Under the pieces are notes generated by a model. It was given only the letters and a program-made list of their open reading frames with translations, had not been told where the DNA came from and did not search any database. From Tubulanus polymorphus (taxonomy: Eukaryota > Animalia > Nemertea), in NCBI RefSeq assembly GCF_964204645.1, contig NC_134025.1, forward strand, positions 22,300,299 to 22,364,298: a stretch of 64,000 bases of DNA. The letters are read 5' to 3'. The translations under genes and the position numbers were made by a program. Of this stretch, positions 1 to 14,295 are shown piece after piece. Each line of letters opens with the position of its first letter. Within the stretch, counting starts at the first letter, position 1.

Positions 1-750
1 AAATGACCAGTAGATGGGGGCGTCGAACCGTCGTTCGGGCGCCCGAGGTAGAACTCATTAAACTTGTCACCCACTAAACTACTCAAGCGTGTGACCGAGG
101 CTTTCGAGTGGCCGGCTTCTTTTCCATTTATGTACAACTTCACGCCGTCCTTTTCGCGCCAGGTCGTCGCGACGTGGTACCAGCGATCCGGCTGGACGTT
201 GTTCGACGATACGCGCCACTCTCTGCCGTTCTTTTTACGGAAAACGAACGCCAGTTGGCCCTTTTTGTAAGTCATCGCAACGCCATGGGAGTACGGGGTG
301 TGACCACCGTTGGAGAGGTATACTTTTTCTTGATCACTTGGATTTTTAAATTTCAACCACATGTCCATCGTATATCCTTCGGAAAGATAAGAATACATGC
401 GAAAATTATAAAATGATTGATGAATATATTTCGAACATAGAATAACTTAAAGATATCTACTTATATGAAGTAATAAATTGAAAAACAAATTCGGTGGATC
501 GTTTAAGTTTCTGGGCATCAAATATTCCACATACCTTTGTCACATTTATCCAAGTCGCCAAAACATTCGTAACGTTGTCCGGGGCCGGCGAGTCGGACGT
601 AACTGACCCGTCCATCGAGTTTGATGGCGTTGCCCGATACTCCACGCACCAGTACAGCCGTTCCTTTTACACTAGCATCGAGACCGGAGGGATTCACCAA
701 AGTCGAACCCAAAACCAAATCGAACGGCAAGTTATAATGCGTTGTTCCAC
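1..750 (-). CDS. Two coding exons (535-750 and <1-376) of a LamG-3/concanavalin A-like domain protein; continues off the left edge
   Basis: Minus-strand exon 750-535 has acceptor ttttcag and donor gtatg and encodes GTTHYNLPFD...GNAIKLDGRVSYVRLAGPGQRYECFGDLDKCDKG. It splices in phase to 376-1, encoding YTMDMWLKF...YLSNGGH...WYHVATTWREKDGVKLYING, a typical LamG-3 signature. Confidence 0.75.
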
Positions 751-3700
751 CTGAAAATAGCGTAGCAATTGAGAAATCGTTTTCTGAACTCAATCACTGC
801 AAAAGTAGACTCGGCGATTTTAGGCTATTTATTTAGCCTGAACTTTTGGAGCCCTCCCTCGCTCCAGCATTCGATTCGTCCATTATATTCCCCGGACGAA
901 GTCGGTTGGATATTGAGGTTTTTGCTGTACCCTCGTAACCTCGATAGCTCAAAAATCGGTAGTGAAAAATCCTTACATTTTAAGCAGGTGTGTGGCGACA
1001 TGAAGACGAACCCTTTTTAATTTCAAGGTAATCGCATGATTATGAAGGTAATCACATTCCGTTTAGCTGGCATAATACTGTGAATGTATGTTATGTAGAG
1101 CATTGATATTACACGTGAGAATGTTAGATGAAATTATCTATCGTTAACTGAATCTAGGTAATGATGCCATCCAAGGTGGCTGACTGGTGGCCATCTTTAA
1201 TTCCGAACATGTAAATTTTGTCCTATAACCGTGAATGTATTCTTATTGAGCTATCTTGTGAACTTTTCTGGGAATTACGGATGAGAAACTAAATTTGCAT
1301 AGAAATTTTTGTGGTTTTTGAATCGATCATTCACTGTAAATTATTCATTGATGAAAAGGGATGTTGATGCCGGCCTGAGTTTGAGGGGTTATTCTGGGGA
1401 TGTCCTGGAAATATACTAATTGTGTTCGCAGGGCGAACGTGAAACTCCAGTTTGTTGACCTGTATCTAATACAATTTACAAATTACGTTAAGTAGATATT
1501 ATGAAAACCATACAAATTCCAGTTTGTTTGATGAAAGATCGCTTTGATACAACGTTTGCTTTTCCTATTCATTGCATGGTTCTTTTATGAAATTCGAAAG
1601 GAAATTAATATATTAAACCAGCCAGTCGTTTTTTAAAAGAGAAATCCACTTCGATGATTAATACGCTTAACCCACATTGACACTAGCTCAATAGATCAAT
1701 TAATCTCACACGCAAATCACGTCATTATTATGCATATGAACGTCCGCCTGATTTCATTTATAAGAGGCTTAAACAATCGCAAAATTTCTTTTGTGTACGC
1801 ATAAATAAAAAGACCTATTTTCCCATACAACTAAGACTTGTAAAAAGAAAGAATCGAGGAACAATTATAGGTCGTTTGATCGTAACTTCAAGAGCCAAAC
1901 TTAAAAAATGTCACTCTAAACCAGGTAGATGACACGAATTAAGAAATCAATCATCGTATGATCCTAATCTTTGAAGTCTTTGAACTTAATGATTTTATAA
2001 GGAAAGTAATCGTGGAGATCTCATCAATATGATACGCTTATACCACCATGATTAACGCTGTGTATTGATATCAAACAAAACCGGCTGTGAAAAGCAGGTG
2101 CACCGAACAACTCTTCACTCGACATACATATCCAGTAAAAATACATATCCATCGATATAGATGATCGTGTACTCTGCGTTTACATTCTAAATAGACGAAT
2201 GTCAAGGAAATACATCGCCCCGATTCGCATACTTGTGGTTTGGGACAATCGGATACCCATATCCGTTGAGCTACCTAACATACAGAGAACAAATGAATTT
2301 CAAATAGCATATACATATATGCTATACATATTAAATGACTATCCCCAATACAAGAAAAGTCAATTTATGTACCACTTGTAAGATATGTCAGGATAAAGTT
2401 TCACAAAATTGTATTACTCATAAACCGATTTAATTTCTTCGTTAATTTAATCCATCTTAAATTTAGGCGTATATAGAATATGATCGTTGCTTTGCATATT
2501 CTAACATTTTGATGGCCACGAAAGATCGAATGGTATTGGTTTGTCCAAAGCTTTAGAATATCCGGTTTGTACCATTATTGGGTAATTGGAGAATGTGGTA
2601 AATGAGACGGAATATGCGTATTTTATCACAATCTCTCTTGAACCGTGGTAGGATCCTGGTACCAATTTTAAGGGCAAAGAACTATGTCCAATTATTGCAC
2701 TGTCGAGATAATGATTACACTGCGTACTGCAACGATTTTGTTTTTTATTTCTTTTTGTTAAGTCTGAAGATCTTTCATCAAGTAAGCTGCAGAATGTGAA
2801 GCTTAAATTCAAGTGGTTATTAAAAACAAACAAGTTGTTGCGTGTTTAACGGGAATCTGGCAAACGAGCCTAAGATGGCGGAACCACCAATGTACAGATG
2901 GTATGAAACGATGCATTCTAATTCTAGGTTCGTGAAATTAGGCATTAGCGACCGTTTCGGCTTATTTTAGTAATTCAATTTAGTTATCAACAACACCAAG
3001 AATTTTTTTCGTTTTGAAGATGATAAACATACGTAAAAACATCAAAGTACAAGCAGACTATCTTTAATCATCCAGCTTGTTTAGTTATGTTGCAGAAGAT
3101 ATGTATGTATATAAAATCTAGGCGGCAGACGCATAAAATACAAAGGATGAGCGCGATCCAAACAAACAGACGGCATGTTCCTGTAGTGCCACTACGTCAT
3201 ATCCGGCTCGTAATCTCAGATCGATCCTTGAATTATGAATGGGTTTTTGAAACAGGTCGTAGTTATGCGATTTCTCAATCCTTAAACTGAAAACATATAG
3301 ATATGGAAAATTCTCGTTCGTTAGAACTATGTCTCTATTCATTACTACTTAATCGTATTCTTCAAAGTTCTTCACAACGTTCTTCACATGTAAATTATGT
3401 ATACATATAATACACATAACGAAAGATAAATATTTACGAAATTTTCTCTCTGACACACAGGTAAAGAAAGATACAAGAACAACCACCCCCTTGCACAGAT
3501 GGTTATAGCGTATACCGAACCCTATTCACCGTTTACCGGTTCCAGCCACTATTTCATTACGTACCTATAATCTATTCTGGGAGAGAGTGGTTGCTTATAC
3601 AACTTAAAAGAAGTGGCTTGGAAAGCGAAGCTGGTCTGAGCAACAGCGGAGGAATCTGCCGTAGGTGCACACATCGAATATACGCGGTTGTTTAGAAAAA

Positions 3701-6700
3701 CATACTCTGCCGACAGGATGAGAAGTTGGGGAGTTGGGAAATTAGCCGAATGTTATTTTGCGCTCATATCCTCAACTACCGTTTCATCGAGTCAAGGCCG
3801 TCAGCTCACGTAAGAATAGATGTGGGTGGTGTTCAAATATTTGAAAACAAACCATTCATGAAATCGTCTGTATCATTCGAATAAAACAGCAAAGACAATT
3901 CCATATTGGGCTTAAATTGATTCACAAATCGGCTGATTTAAAACAATTGCGGAGAAAATTGATTTCTTTTTCTGTATTTTTGAATAAGAACAAACGATAA
4001 ATCGGATTCCACGTGTAAATCGATTTCTCTGAGTAACGAATGTGTATATGCATCTCGGGAATCTCGCAGCTGGTCAATGAAAGAGTAGATTTACGCTTAT
4101 GTACTAAGATAAACCTACAACCGTTGTCTAATTACTTCGTTAATCAGCTTCCAGCATATGTATAATATATATGCGACCAATTCGCTATCTCAATGTTTTG
4201 AAAACGTTCAGAATTTGTACGGTTTTCCCAACAAAATAAGAATACGTAACTTCGGTCCAATTGGGCACTGCAGTAGTGTTCTGTCATTGAGCCATTATAC
4301 GTGGACTCATGTAATCATAGTTGGACAAGTGAAAATGAAATACAATCTTTCGATTTTTCACGATTTTCTTATTTCTATTCCAATTAATTTTTTTTCTCCA
4401 TAATCTTATGAAAATTCTCGTAATTCACTCACACAACACAACCACCTCAATCATGAATTCGTCTTCATTGTTAAGGTGAACTACTCTCGTGATTAAACTA
4501 ATAACCGCGTTGAAATAGATGACTCAAGAGGGTATTCTGCCAATACATGAATCACAAACGGTAGTCCGTGAAAGCATTTCATATATACCTGTTGAATACG
4601 TCTATCGCTGTTGTGGTTGGGGATAACTTTCCGAGAAAACACTCCTGCAATTTTTTGTTTTCCTTTTTTATAAATTCAAAAACTGTGGCACAATTTTGCG
4701 TAGGTTTTTATAATCTAACGACGACCCCCGCGCAGCGAGCGCAGATCATGCAGGGTTATATATCATTTACTAATTCGATTTCACAGCTGAATGTCCCTTC
4801 GAAGAAATTTCGAACGATTTCATGACAAAGCCATATTCGACAAGTTGCGTAATCAAAAATTATTATTATCGCGAAGAGTACTTCTTCCATTCAAACGTAT
4901 GCTTTACGAGCCCAGACATACTCGATTGTAGATAGATGGTTAGGTGACATACCAGAGGTTCCCGTCTATAGGTATATCTGCGCCAGTGGGAAGGAGATAA
5001 GATTAGCTTGTTTATTTAACTGTGTATATATATCCTTTTTTAATAACCACCCAGGCTGTTGGGTGCGTGTCGAAAATTGATCTAATGTATGTCCAGGTAT
5101 ATTAATCGTTGTCGACTTTTTTTGATTCGACAGAATCACTAGAGAACGTATTTTCGTGTATTGCTGTAATGCGGTACATAATGAGATGATGATAACATTA
5201 CTATCAATACAATGTACGTTGTTTAATAATGTATATGGCACAACCTTTATCGAACGTTAATTGCACTTAAGACTATAACTGTCATATTGAAAATCTATAC
5301 GAAGCCTGTTTTCGTAGTTGTGGATTTCGTATGGTTTTACCAAACAAAAATTAGATGATTCAGTTGCATAAGCTAACATTTCTACTGACTTCGATAATCG
5401 AAATTAATCATGATCATCTTTGTGGCTCTCAGCGTCAAACTAAGTTTTGGAGAAACAATACATTATTCTATACACGTCCCGAGGCAAATCAAGACCGACG
5501 ACGGAACCGGGTCCAAAATCGTCTGCTTTTGGAATATGCAGTTAAAAAGCCCGATTCCGGGTTGTGACCTTGTGCAGTGATACGTGTTTACTACATTTTT
5601 ATGTATGTTTCTCTGTCCAATAGAATGACACATAATACGACGTTTTGTTCTAAAAATGCGGATAATTGGCCAAATAACAGTAACCTATTTAACACAGACC
5701 ATGGACTAATAAATCGAGGACCACTTAGTAATGATGTAATAGGTAGTAAACGATCTTCCATGTAATTCGTGTAATTAGGACTTGCATATCTCTTTTGTAA
5801 GTCAATTCTCGGTAAAGTAAGGGAGGCCGAAAAATGTCAGCCGCTCAATCATTAAATTTCACTGCACGTTCAGAATTTGTTTTACCATCGAGTTTCTGAG
5901 AGCGAGCGATAGCTGCTTTTTACCCGGTTTAATCTAACCATATTGTCTACGATTTCCATTTCCATCGCTCTGAGTTTTATATCAAAGAATGCTAAATTTA
6001 AAAGCTCTATTTTTGTATCATTGAATCATCGGCATGGATAGTTGTGTTTGGTTTGATTCGCTATACTTGATTCATCTCAAATTCTTCAAAGATGCGTCTT
6101 TTAGAATAACGGAGGCGTCGTTTTTAGATGGAAATGCATCATCTTATTGAATCTTAGGAAAGGAATTCTCCTATAGCCGCGCAACACGTAATTCGATATT
6201 TTACCTGAGAATATTGTGAAAGATCGCAGTAGCGCTTCAACTCGTAGACGGCATAGAGAGAGAGCTTTATTTACGTAGAATTTGTTGTTGTTAATACGTC
6301 TGCTATAATTCACGCCCACTCCAGTACTCACATAATTCGTACATAAGAAACCACAATGCAAAATAGTCTCAACGAACAGTACGAATAGAATTTCTGGCCG
6401 ACAGTAAACGCCGTGACATGTCATTTTTAAATGGTCAACGCCACCGGTCGTTCTGGATCAAAATGTCGGGTCGCACGAAGTGCAAGCGTCTGCGAACATG
6501 TCTCAATCGACATTCACAGTGAAAGTCGTGTTGAATTTATAGGCGTAGTATAATGCTCGTTTAGTTCGAAAGATCGTTTTCAATTTCGAGTACGTCCTGT
6601 GTTCTAATCGTGTACACGGATCTAAGACGCGGAATACATTCAATCAATTAAAAAGAAAAACATGTTCCGATATAACGAAAAAATACCGAGCATAGCTAAC

Positions 6701-6895
6701 TGAGTGTCTGTAAAGAAATTTTTATCTATGACCCTACAGTGTCTTTCCGACTATATTAGATTGTATAATTCGAAAAAGTATATAATAAACCTATTATCCG
6801 TTCGACACGATTCCCATACAGTGAAGACCATATATTTTCTACTTGAAATATCCGAGTATTTGGTGATGCTATCTACGATGTTTTTTTCAACTCAC

Positions 6896-7640
6896 CTGTT
6901 TTACATTGTAGATGCGAACAGTCGCATTCTGGTCCGCGGTTCGTGCTGACGCAGAGGCAGCCCTTTCTACAGTGGTCCGGCTGTAACTCGCAGGCTTCCG
7001 TCGGGGCTCTGGACACGCCGTACGAAGATTTCATCGCGATTCGGACGGCTTCGCACGTACAATTTCGGACGAATAGATTCCTAACATGGCCTTTGAAATG
7101 CGGTTCAAATACTGCTGATGGTAAGGCTAAACCGTGCAAATCTGTGCTAAACGATTCCGGTAAACCGCCCAGATAAATATCGCTGTTATCGTGTTTATTT
7201 CCAAAATTAAAATCCGATCCGAAAGAAACTTTACTATCCGATGCATCGTCGACTACTAATGTCGTCTCCATTCGATTTCTTTTGATTTCAACTTTGTGCC
7301 ATCGGTTGTCGTTGAGATTGCTTCCGACTTCCAAACGTACGCTTCCGTCCCTGCCATCGACAATGTTCAGTCTCAAGCGAATTGTCCCTCGTAAAAGTGA
7401 CAACTCGAAAAAGTCGTAGGTTCCTCCGTCGTCGGTGTACAAAAGTAATCCATTCGACTCGGTGGTTTTGAACTCAAAACTCACAGTCGAATCGATGCAG
7501 GAATGCCATTTTGGAAAACTTGCGAACGACGTCCGGGTGCCCGGTAGGTATAGCGACCGGACCGGCAAAAAAATCGTATGAATATTCAACAAAATCACTA
7601 GCAAAGTGCTACAGCATACGCTGATGCTGAAATCAGCCAT
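6896..7640 (-). CDS. First coding exon of an alpha-neurexin-like protein (signal peptide + LNS/LamG + EGF-like)
   Basis: Hydrophobic N-terminus, then FASFPKWHSC...FEFKTTESNGLLLYTDDGGTYDFFEL...LNDNRWHKVEIKRNRMETTLVVD...IYLGGLP (neurexin LNS1-like), then a Cys-rich EGF-like segment. GT donor (gtgag) at 6895-6894. Confidence 0.8.
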
Positions 7641-9367
7641 GTTTCAGCTGGGATATTGGGAAAGCTTATGAGCGATACTGGTTTATATTTAACTCACCGA
7701 ACGTAAACGCGTTTCACGTACATTCCTTACTCCAATTAAAGTGTCTTATTGCCGATGTTGAATGCGGTCAGGTAAAAAGTAAATCTTCGCCGCTGCCTTT
7801 TAAAAAAACACGGGCGCGTATTTCTCCAACGCGGAAAGTTATTCAACTGGCACGAAACAACCGGCGCGAGAGAGTTTTGCTCGTCACAACTATACTAACC
7901 TCCACCGCGCGTCATTAGTCGGTTTTCAGGAGAAGTTCTAGCCGCCAAAGAGCATTACACACTGCGCGGAAAACAAGGAACTAATGAGGCATACATTCAT
8001 ATTCCCTTTGTTTGTAACATGTAATAATTGCGCACAGGAAAGGCATGCCAGTCTGCATTTCCTGGCTGAATCTCCGTCGGCGTTGATGCAGTGTTGTGAA
8101 TTTTTAATTCCAATGAAACGCAATCCAAAACAACCGTATGTACGTATATACGTATTAGTATAACCTAACAGTATGTGAAAGGCTGGCAGACACTTCAATG
8201 AATGGCACGTTTGTGAACTACACGGCGAAAAAACAAGTACCTATATGAATGTGCGTAGCCTACATGTGACATGTCATTCAGCTTGGTTTTTACGTGTTGC
8301 GGCTAGCTTCGAATTGCCGTAGATATCAGCATATCAGATTATCGACCATTTCGCTTTAAAACTGAGTACATTATACGATATGTGATATGGCTATTCGAAA
8401 ATGGTGTCAAATTGTCACTTTTTCGAGCACTTGTCTTTAATGTCTGCTAGAGGCGATAAAAAGTATCGAAATGAAATAAAAATCATGGGTCAGATATCAA
8501 ATCGTAGTTTTCTGAGTCATTCCTAACTGCGAAAAGCGTATTTTATTCTTTGAAAAAAATAAAAATTCATCGACCATACGTAAAACTGAAATAACCAATT
8601 GTTATATAATCAAAACACAAAAAAGGGGCAGGCCATAAACGGATATCTTCAACCTATCTTCAAGATAAACAACTATAGATCAAAGAACAATTCAAAGGAC
8701 ACATAAGTCAGGGCCATTAGTTTGTTTGTGGTGAGAATTGACTTGTTTGAAAAAGTGTGAAAATCGCCAGACATGAATTTCCGGGTTGGAGAAATAACTG
8801 GCGATGTTTCGCCAACGCAATTCGTCGATTGGAAAGTATTTACAGGCGACGTACGACGTACGCAAACAAAATCAATGATTTCGAGTTTACTTGCTTGATA
8901 TTGTGCTATTCAAGATTTGACAACACGATCTTCAAAAATACCTGCAGCGCACAGTGTTTTGCAAAGCGCGATTCTTGGACATAAGAATTGTCTTCAAGGT
9001 CGAAAAATCGCGAGAGATTTTGCGTGTATAGAAGTTCAGATTTACTATATGTTTTATGTCAATGTCAATCAAAACCAGTCTTAGAAGGAGCTTGATAACT
9101 GTGATCGACGATTTTGCCTTACGAAATAGCCCCCACCAACTAAGATAACGATGATGCGTAACAAATTATCGAACGAAAACGATTTTCGTGTTGGCCCATC
9201 AGTATCAGCTTAAATATTTAGATATTTATCCAAAGCAAAAATATCAACGCATACGAAGGATCGTGAAATTCGAATCTCAAGCGACATCTATACGAGCCAA
9301 ACATGTTTAAAGTGACTCTCACGTTTTCCCTGTATATATCTTGCATGTAATCGGTTATGAAAAAGTC

Positions 9368-10333
9368 TTATATCATTCGATTCTGATAGATACACGATTT
9401 CAATTGGTCTCTGACGTAGCTTCTCACATCATCCCCGGCTATGATGTACACGTAGAAATTAATGGCACTGTTAGCGGCGTAAAGAGCGCTGGTGACGGAT
9501 GAGACAACCGTGATAGTTTCGCTGGAAAATTCTACAGTTGTCGACACGAAGAGGAACAACGCCGTCGGGTAGGTGAAAATAACGAATAGGAACGATACGG
9601 TCATGACCATAACGGTGGCCTTCTTGGCAGACGACGCCTTCGCAGCAGCGCACGAACCGAGAGTGCGACTTCTGCGAATGAAAATTATCAGAATAACGTT
9701 GAGTATCAAAATCGTAATTGTCGGAAAGTAAACGATCACAATAGGGCCCATTTTGTAGTAGATATTCGCCCAAAATGCGGGGAACGCGCATGTGCCAAGA
9801 TGTTCGTTAAATTCAACGGCTTGCAGCGAGAATACGATATCAACAATGCAACTAACTACTACCAGAAAGAAGATAACTCGGCGGGAAAATTGCGGTGTCG
9901 CCAATGTTCTCGCCGTGAACGGCCAGACGACTATCGCGAATCGTTCGACAGTTAAGATTATTACTAACCAGGAGCTGACGAGATCGCATACGTGAGAAAA
10001 GTACTCCATAATCTTACACGAGGCGGTGTTCTGAAACGTAATTACTAGGCGTGGATACGAAACGTAGTTCGCGAACGGTAGAACGTATGCAATCAAAGTC
10101 ATCATATCGACCACTGCCAAAGTGGCGAGATACTGAGAATAAGAAAATACCCGAAATCGCCCGCTTGTCATTACTAAAAAACTGCAGGTATTTCCGAAGG
10201 CCCCGGCAAAAGCGAGCACAGAAAGCACGCACAGATGGAAGTATCGAACATGTGATGAATTGATGAGCATCGGCGTCTCTAAGAGAAGTGACGAATACCA
10301 GGCTAATCGGGCACCACTGTGACTGGAATTCAT
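9368..10333 (-). CDS. Intronless class A (rhodopsin-family) GPCR, peptide-receptor/chemoreceptor-like
   Basis: 321-aa ORF with 7 hydrophobic segments: GN in TM1, LAVVD in TM2, ERF at the end of TM3, NSAINFYVY in TM7. The true start may be the downstream Met (MLINSS). Confidence 0.9.
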   Translation of the reverse strand: MNSSHSGARLAWYSSLLLETPMLINSSHVRYFHLCVLSVLAFAGAFGNTCSFLVMTSGRFRVFSYSQYLATLAVVDMMTLIAYVLPFANYVSYPRLVITFQNTASCKIMEYFSHVCDLVSSWLVIILTVERFAIVVWPFTARTLATPQFSRRVIFFLVVVSCIVDIVFSLQAVEFNEHLGTCAFPAFWANIYYKMGPIVIVYFPTITILILNVILIIFIRRSRTLGSCAAAKASSAKKATVMVMTVSFLFVIFTYPTALFLFVSTTVEFSSETITVVSSVTSALYAANSAINFYVYIIAGDDVRSYVRDQLKSCIYQNRMI

Positions 10334-10970
10334 GCTTGAATAGACAATACGCTATAGATATTTAATGAGAAGTAAGCTTATATATAGCCTACTGTATTGT
10401 TGTTCTTATGATGGCCTAGTACCGGTCGTGGTAATTAATTAGACTAGTTTTGTTTCATATGTAATCATGTTTCCGGCAAATATCTCTTGATGGCATTGCC
10501 ATAATCAGTAGAGGTCCGGTACTAGCGTGAGACTTTTTGTGCAGTTTCCTTTTTGGTGAAACAACGCTCGAAAATAAAAACATCGCTCGCGTTGACAGCA
10601 AAACGGCCGCCATAAACGGCCGATGCCTGGTCGTTATGCCTTTCCGGCCAATTATTGGACGAATATATATATAGGACATAAAGCCCAACATATTTATGTC
10701 GATTTCTGTATGATGTGGATCTTTTCAGATTTTTCGTAACCCCCTAAACTACGGGCCTGGACCGGTTGTGCTTGACTTACCGCGTTTGGATCGGACACTT
10801 CTACTGGCAAGCTAGGATAACTGCGGGCCTGTTTTAGTTGGTTTTGGTGTGTATTTAAGACGATCAGTAACTCCGAGATTCAACAATATTCTCAAGGTTG
10901 CGGACAAACCCGGAAATGTAAAATGTAAAATTCGAAAATATGATACTCATTTGAAGGCCCCCAATCAATC

Positions 10971-13900
10971 ATGATTCCTAAAAATCTATGGATACATTTA
11001 ACAAAAAGACTTGACCAAAGTAACATTCAAACGACACGAAGATACAATTCGCAGTTATTCAGCTCAAAGTTCCCATTTTTGGAGAAACCTGCCGCGAAGA
11101 AAATTGGAGCTTACATTTTAGACAAATCACTTGCTGGTAAATTTTCCACAGGGACTTGTCACAATTGATAGTGAATGTAACCAGTATCAATGACCAACCC
11201 CAGTATCCCTGTATAATCGGAAAAACAAGATATTGTTTTTTTATTATACAGGGATACTGAGGTTGGTCATTGATACTGACTGGTTTAATAAAGCCCAACG
11301 CACACAGCAAAAAATTTGTTTCGCCGAAACAGAAAACACGTTTTTCGCAAAACGTTTTGCCCGCAAATGATAAAATGTCCAACGCACAGGGCATAATGAA
11401 AACGTGCAGAAAACATTTCTTGCACCATGGAATCCATGGAGACAACAATAAACTCAGTTACTCACATCAATCTCAAAATGGCAGCGTCCATGCGACAGCG
11501 AAAGATTTTATTAGCAGTATTGTTAATTTTGCGTAATCGAACACGGCACTGAAAAAAGTTTTTTCACGAGGAAAAAACATTTTTTCGGTGCCGTGTGCGT
11601 TGGCTCTATTCATTCACTATCAATTGTGACAAGTCCCTGTGAAATTTTCATTTAAAATTTATCCATGTATATGGCAACTTAAATGATTTAATCTAAAATC
11701 AATGTTTGAACATTTTACTTGTAGAGACGATAGTTAAAAGTTTAGTCGCCGCAAATCAATTAAAGCAAGATGTAACTCCTTGGCTCGAAGTGAATCCTGG
11801 ACCCGGATATCTATCGGAAGCGCTTCTCGAAGCTGGAATTCGTAGTTTGACCGTAGTTGAACGAAGACAGGAATTTATGCCGTATTTACAGGTAAAAATT
11901 TTCAGTCAATAGAGTAGCTGGTTATTGCTTCCCTCTTTGTGATGGTAGGCTACATTATTCAATAAATAGTCCTTGATTTGTGAATAATTCAGCGAAGAAC
12001 TATTTAGTCGATCAACTCTTTAAGAGAAAATTTGGGTTTGGGGAAGGAAAAGTCAGCTCACATTAGCAATAAGAGTAGATGAGAGTAATGCGCACTGCGT
12101 CTATCAAATCCAAATCTATCGGCCAGAGTTCCGCTCTCGAAAATTGTAGTTGAGTTTGGTAGATTTTATTCTTTTGAACTTTTTTAGAGATTGAAAACGC
12201 AGTATCCGGACTTTTCATTCCATCAGAAGGACTTTTTCAACAGGGGAGCTTTACAGAAAGAAGTTCATGAGTTCTTCAGAGAAGTTGTACCGAATCTACA
12301 AATCCATTCATTCAATGAAAGTAAGTCGGTTTATCTCGAGTGCTAATCGTCGTTTGTATAATCGAACAAGTTATACGGCACTACGTTGAAAATTTTCAGA
12401 ACCGCCTTTGAAAATAATCGTCTCTCCGGGAATCGCTTACGAACGCCGACTCATCAAAATTCTTCTGAATCAACTTTTGATATCTTCGATATCGTTGTTT
12501 AGCTACGGGCGTATGGAATTCATAATGATATTGTCATCGTTAGAAAAACAGGTAATCATGACATATTGATACTCAGTTACTTTAATCGGGGGGAGCGCTT
12601 ATGAACTTTGTATGACATGGAAAACTGCGCTAAGCAAATGAATACCATTACAGTATGAAGACACCGTAGTACTACTGATTTCTCTGCAGCAATCGAGGAT
12701 CCATTAGGGACACTAGTTGTGGATTTCTTCCCCCATTCGATTAAAATCAATCCATAATTTTCTTGGTGCAAATGATTAAGCTTACCCAATCACAGTTAAG
12801 TGGATAATGGATACATCTTTTGTGTAATTTGTGGGAAGGTTAAAGATCATCTAATCAAACGTTATGGATTAAAAATCAACTTATCTTTAATGAATATATA
12901 CTGTTAGGCATCTCGCTGGCTTTGGCAAGTTTTCACATATTCATATAGTTTACTACTTAAGTGTATCATGATCTCACAAGAATTCATTTAATTCATTTGC
13001 AGCGTTTAATGTTGAAATGGCCGATTAGTGCATTTGCGTACAGAGAGAGGAACGCTTTATTCAGTCTAATGTTTGATGTTGACTTTTTGCAAAAGGTGAG
13101 TAATTCAAACTTTTACATCTTTAGTAGGTAAAATAAAACATGATCAGCATCATTCAGAAGTACAAGAATTCTTTTTGGATAAAAAAAGATGAAAATATTA
13201 GTTATTCTTCTTTGCAGATAGATCCAGGAGGAATCTTCCCACCACAAGTTGTATCAAATTACAAAAAGGTAGAACCTCTACACTAAAACTTCAGATCAGA
13301 AATCACCATTGTTATAGGCCTAGTCGATAGTTTGCCTAATATTTTCTAATTTATAATCAAATCAACATTGTGTTTGGTTTATTATGGTACCCGGTAAGTC
13401 AGATTAAAAAGCGTTGACCTTTCAATGCATCGTTTCATTTACTAGAAAACCAAGCAAGGGCAGCAAGTTTCTGAAAGTTTACACGTGGTTCGAATTACGC
13501 CCAAAGAAGGACTGTTTACACATTTGTTCAACCAGCGTCATCTACCGATGTTTGCCTTCTTCGTGAAGGAAATGCTAGTCAAACGCTCGCAGCGATTGAT
13601 ACCCAAAATGGAGTAAGTTTTCTCTGTAAATTTCGTGCCATAAAATACATACCGGTATTCATAATTTCTTATAAAAACTATTTACTGGTTCATATTTCAA
13701 AGCGTTGTTTTATCTCTATATGTGGGTTCCTACTGATAAATGGAGACACTATCTGAAGATGGTATCATCCTAGGAAACCTAAAAATCTAGAAAAAAAACA
13801 TGAGTTTAGAAAACCCTGCGCCATTACCTATTTCTTCTTACTGAGTAGGAAAATAACAATTTTCCGCTCCATACTCAATTTGTACATTTACCTAAAAAAA

Positions 13901-14295
13901 TTACATAGTTGCATATATAGTTAATGAAGAAGCTCTGATAAAAACTTTCCGACTATATAGTGAAAGGGTGTCATTGCATTTCAGGGTTTTCTTTCCTGGG
14001 TGCGGTTTACAGATGATAGATGAAGGTTATACGATGGATCAAATAACAGGAGACATTTCACCAGATGATTTTGTCAAACTATTCAAGGTAAGAGGATTTG
14101 AAAGCATTTCTTGAAATGTTTTGGCGAAAAATTGTCCTACACCCTCTTTAGATATGTTTATCTTTAGATATGTTTATGATTGACTTTTCTACATTTTAGA
14201 ATGTTCTATCATGGCCTGATTTTGAAGAATCAAATTTCATTTCATTGTACAGACGATTTCAAGGAGAACACATAACAGACATCGATGTCAGCTGA
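10971..14295 (+). CDS. TFB2M: Mitochondrial transcription factor B2 / rRNA adenine dimethylase-family protein (multi-exon)
   Basis: Exon 10971-11136 (YILDKSLA) and exon ~11725-11891 (LEVNPGPGYLSEALLEAG...VVE; the NPGPG SAM-motif variant is TFB2M-like). Further GT-AG exons near 12188-12320, 12400-12551, 13003-13095, 13218-13268, 13447-13612 and 13985-14087; last exon 14200-14295 (WPDFEES...TGA). An additional upstream exon cannot be excluded. Confidence 0.75.
11147..11641. mobile_element. MITE with 31-bp TIRs and 8-bp target site duplication (TSD), P- or hAT-like, in TFB2M intron 1
   Basis: The left end CACAGGGACTTGTCACAATTGATAGTGAATG is the reverse complement of 11611-11641. AAATTTTC lies directly on both sides (11139-11146 and 11642-11649). 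Confidence 0.9.

Noticed and set aside
1100-6800. Numerous 60-110 aa ORFs
   Set aside because: No domain signal or codon structure; consistent with intronic/intergenic DNA.
10455-10691. Minus-strand ORF containing MAAVLLSTRAMF, resembling a mitochondrial presequence of a gene divergent from TFB2M
   Set aside because: No convincing donor or downstream exons were identified; ATGGCGGC may simply be a YY1-type promoter motif.
11059-11536. ORFs of 129 and 88 aa
   Set aside because: They lie largely inside the intronic MITE and show no transposase motifs.
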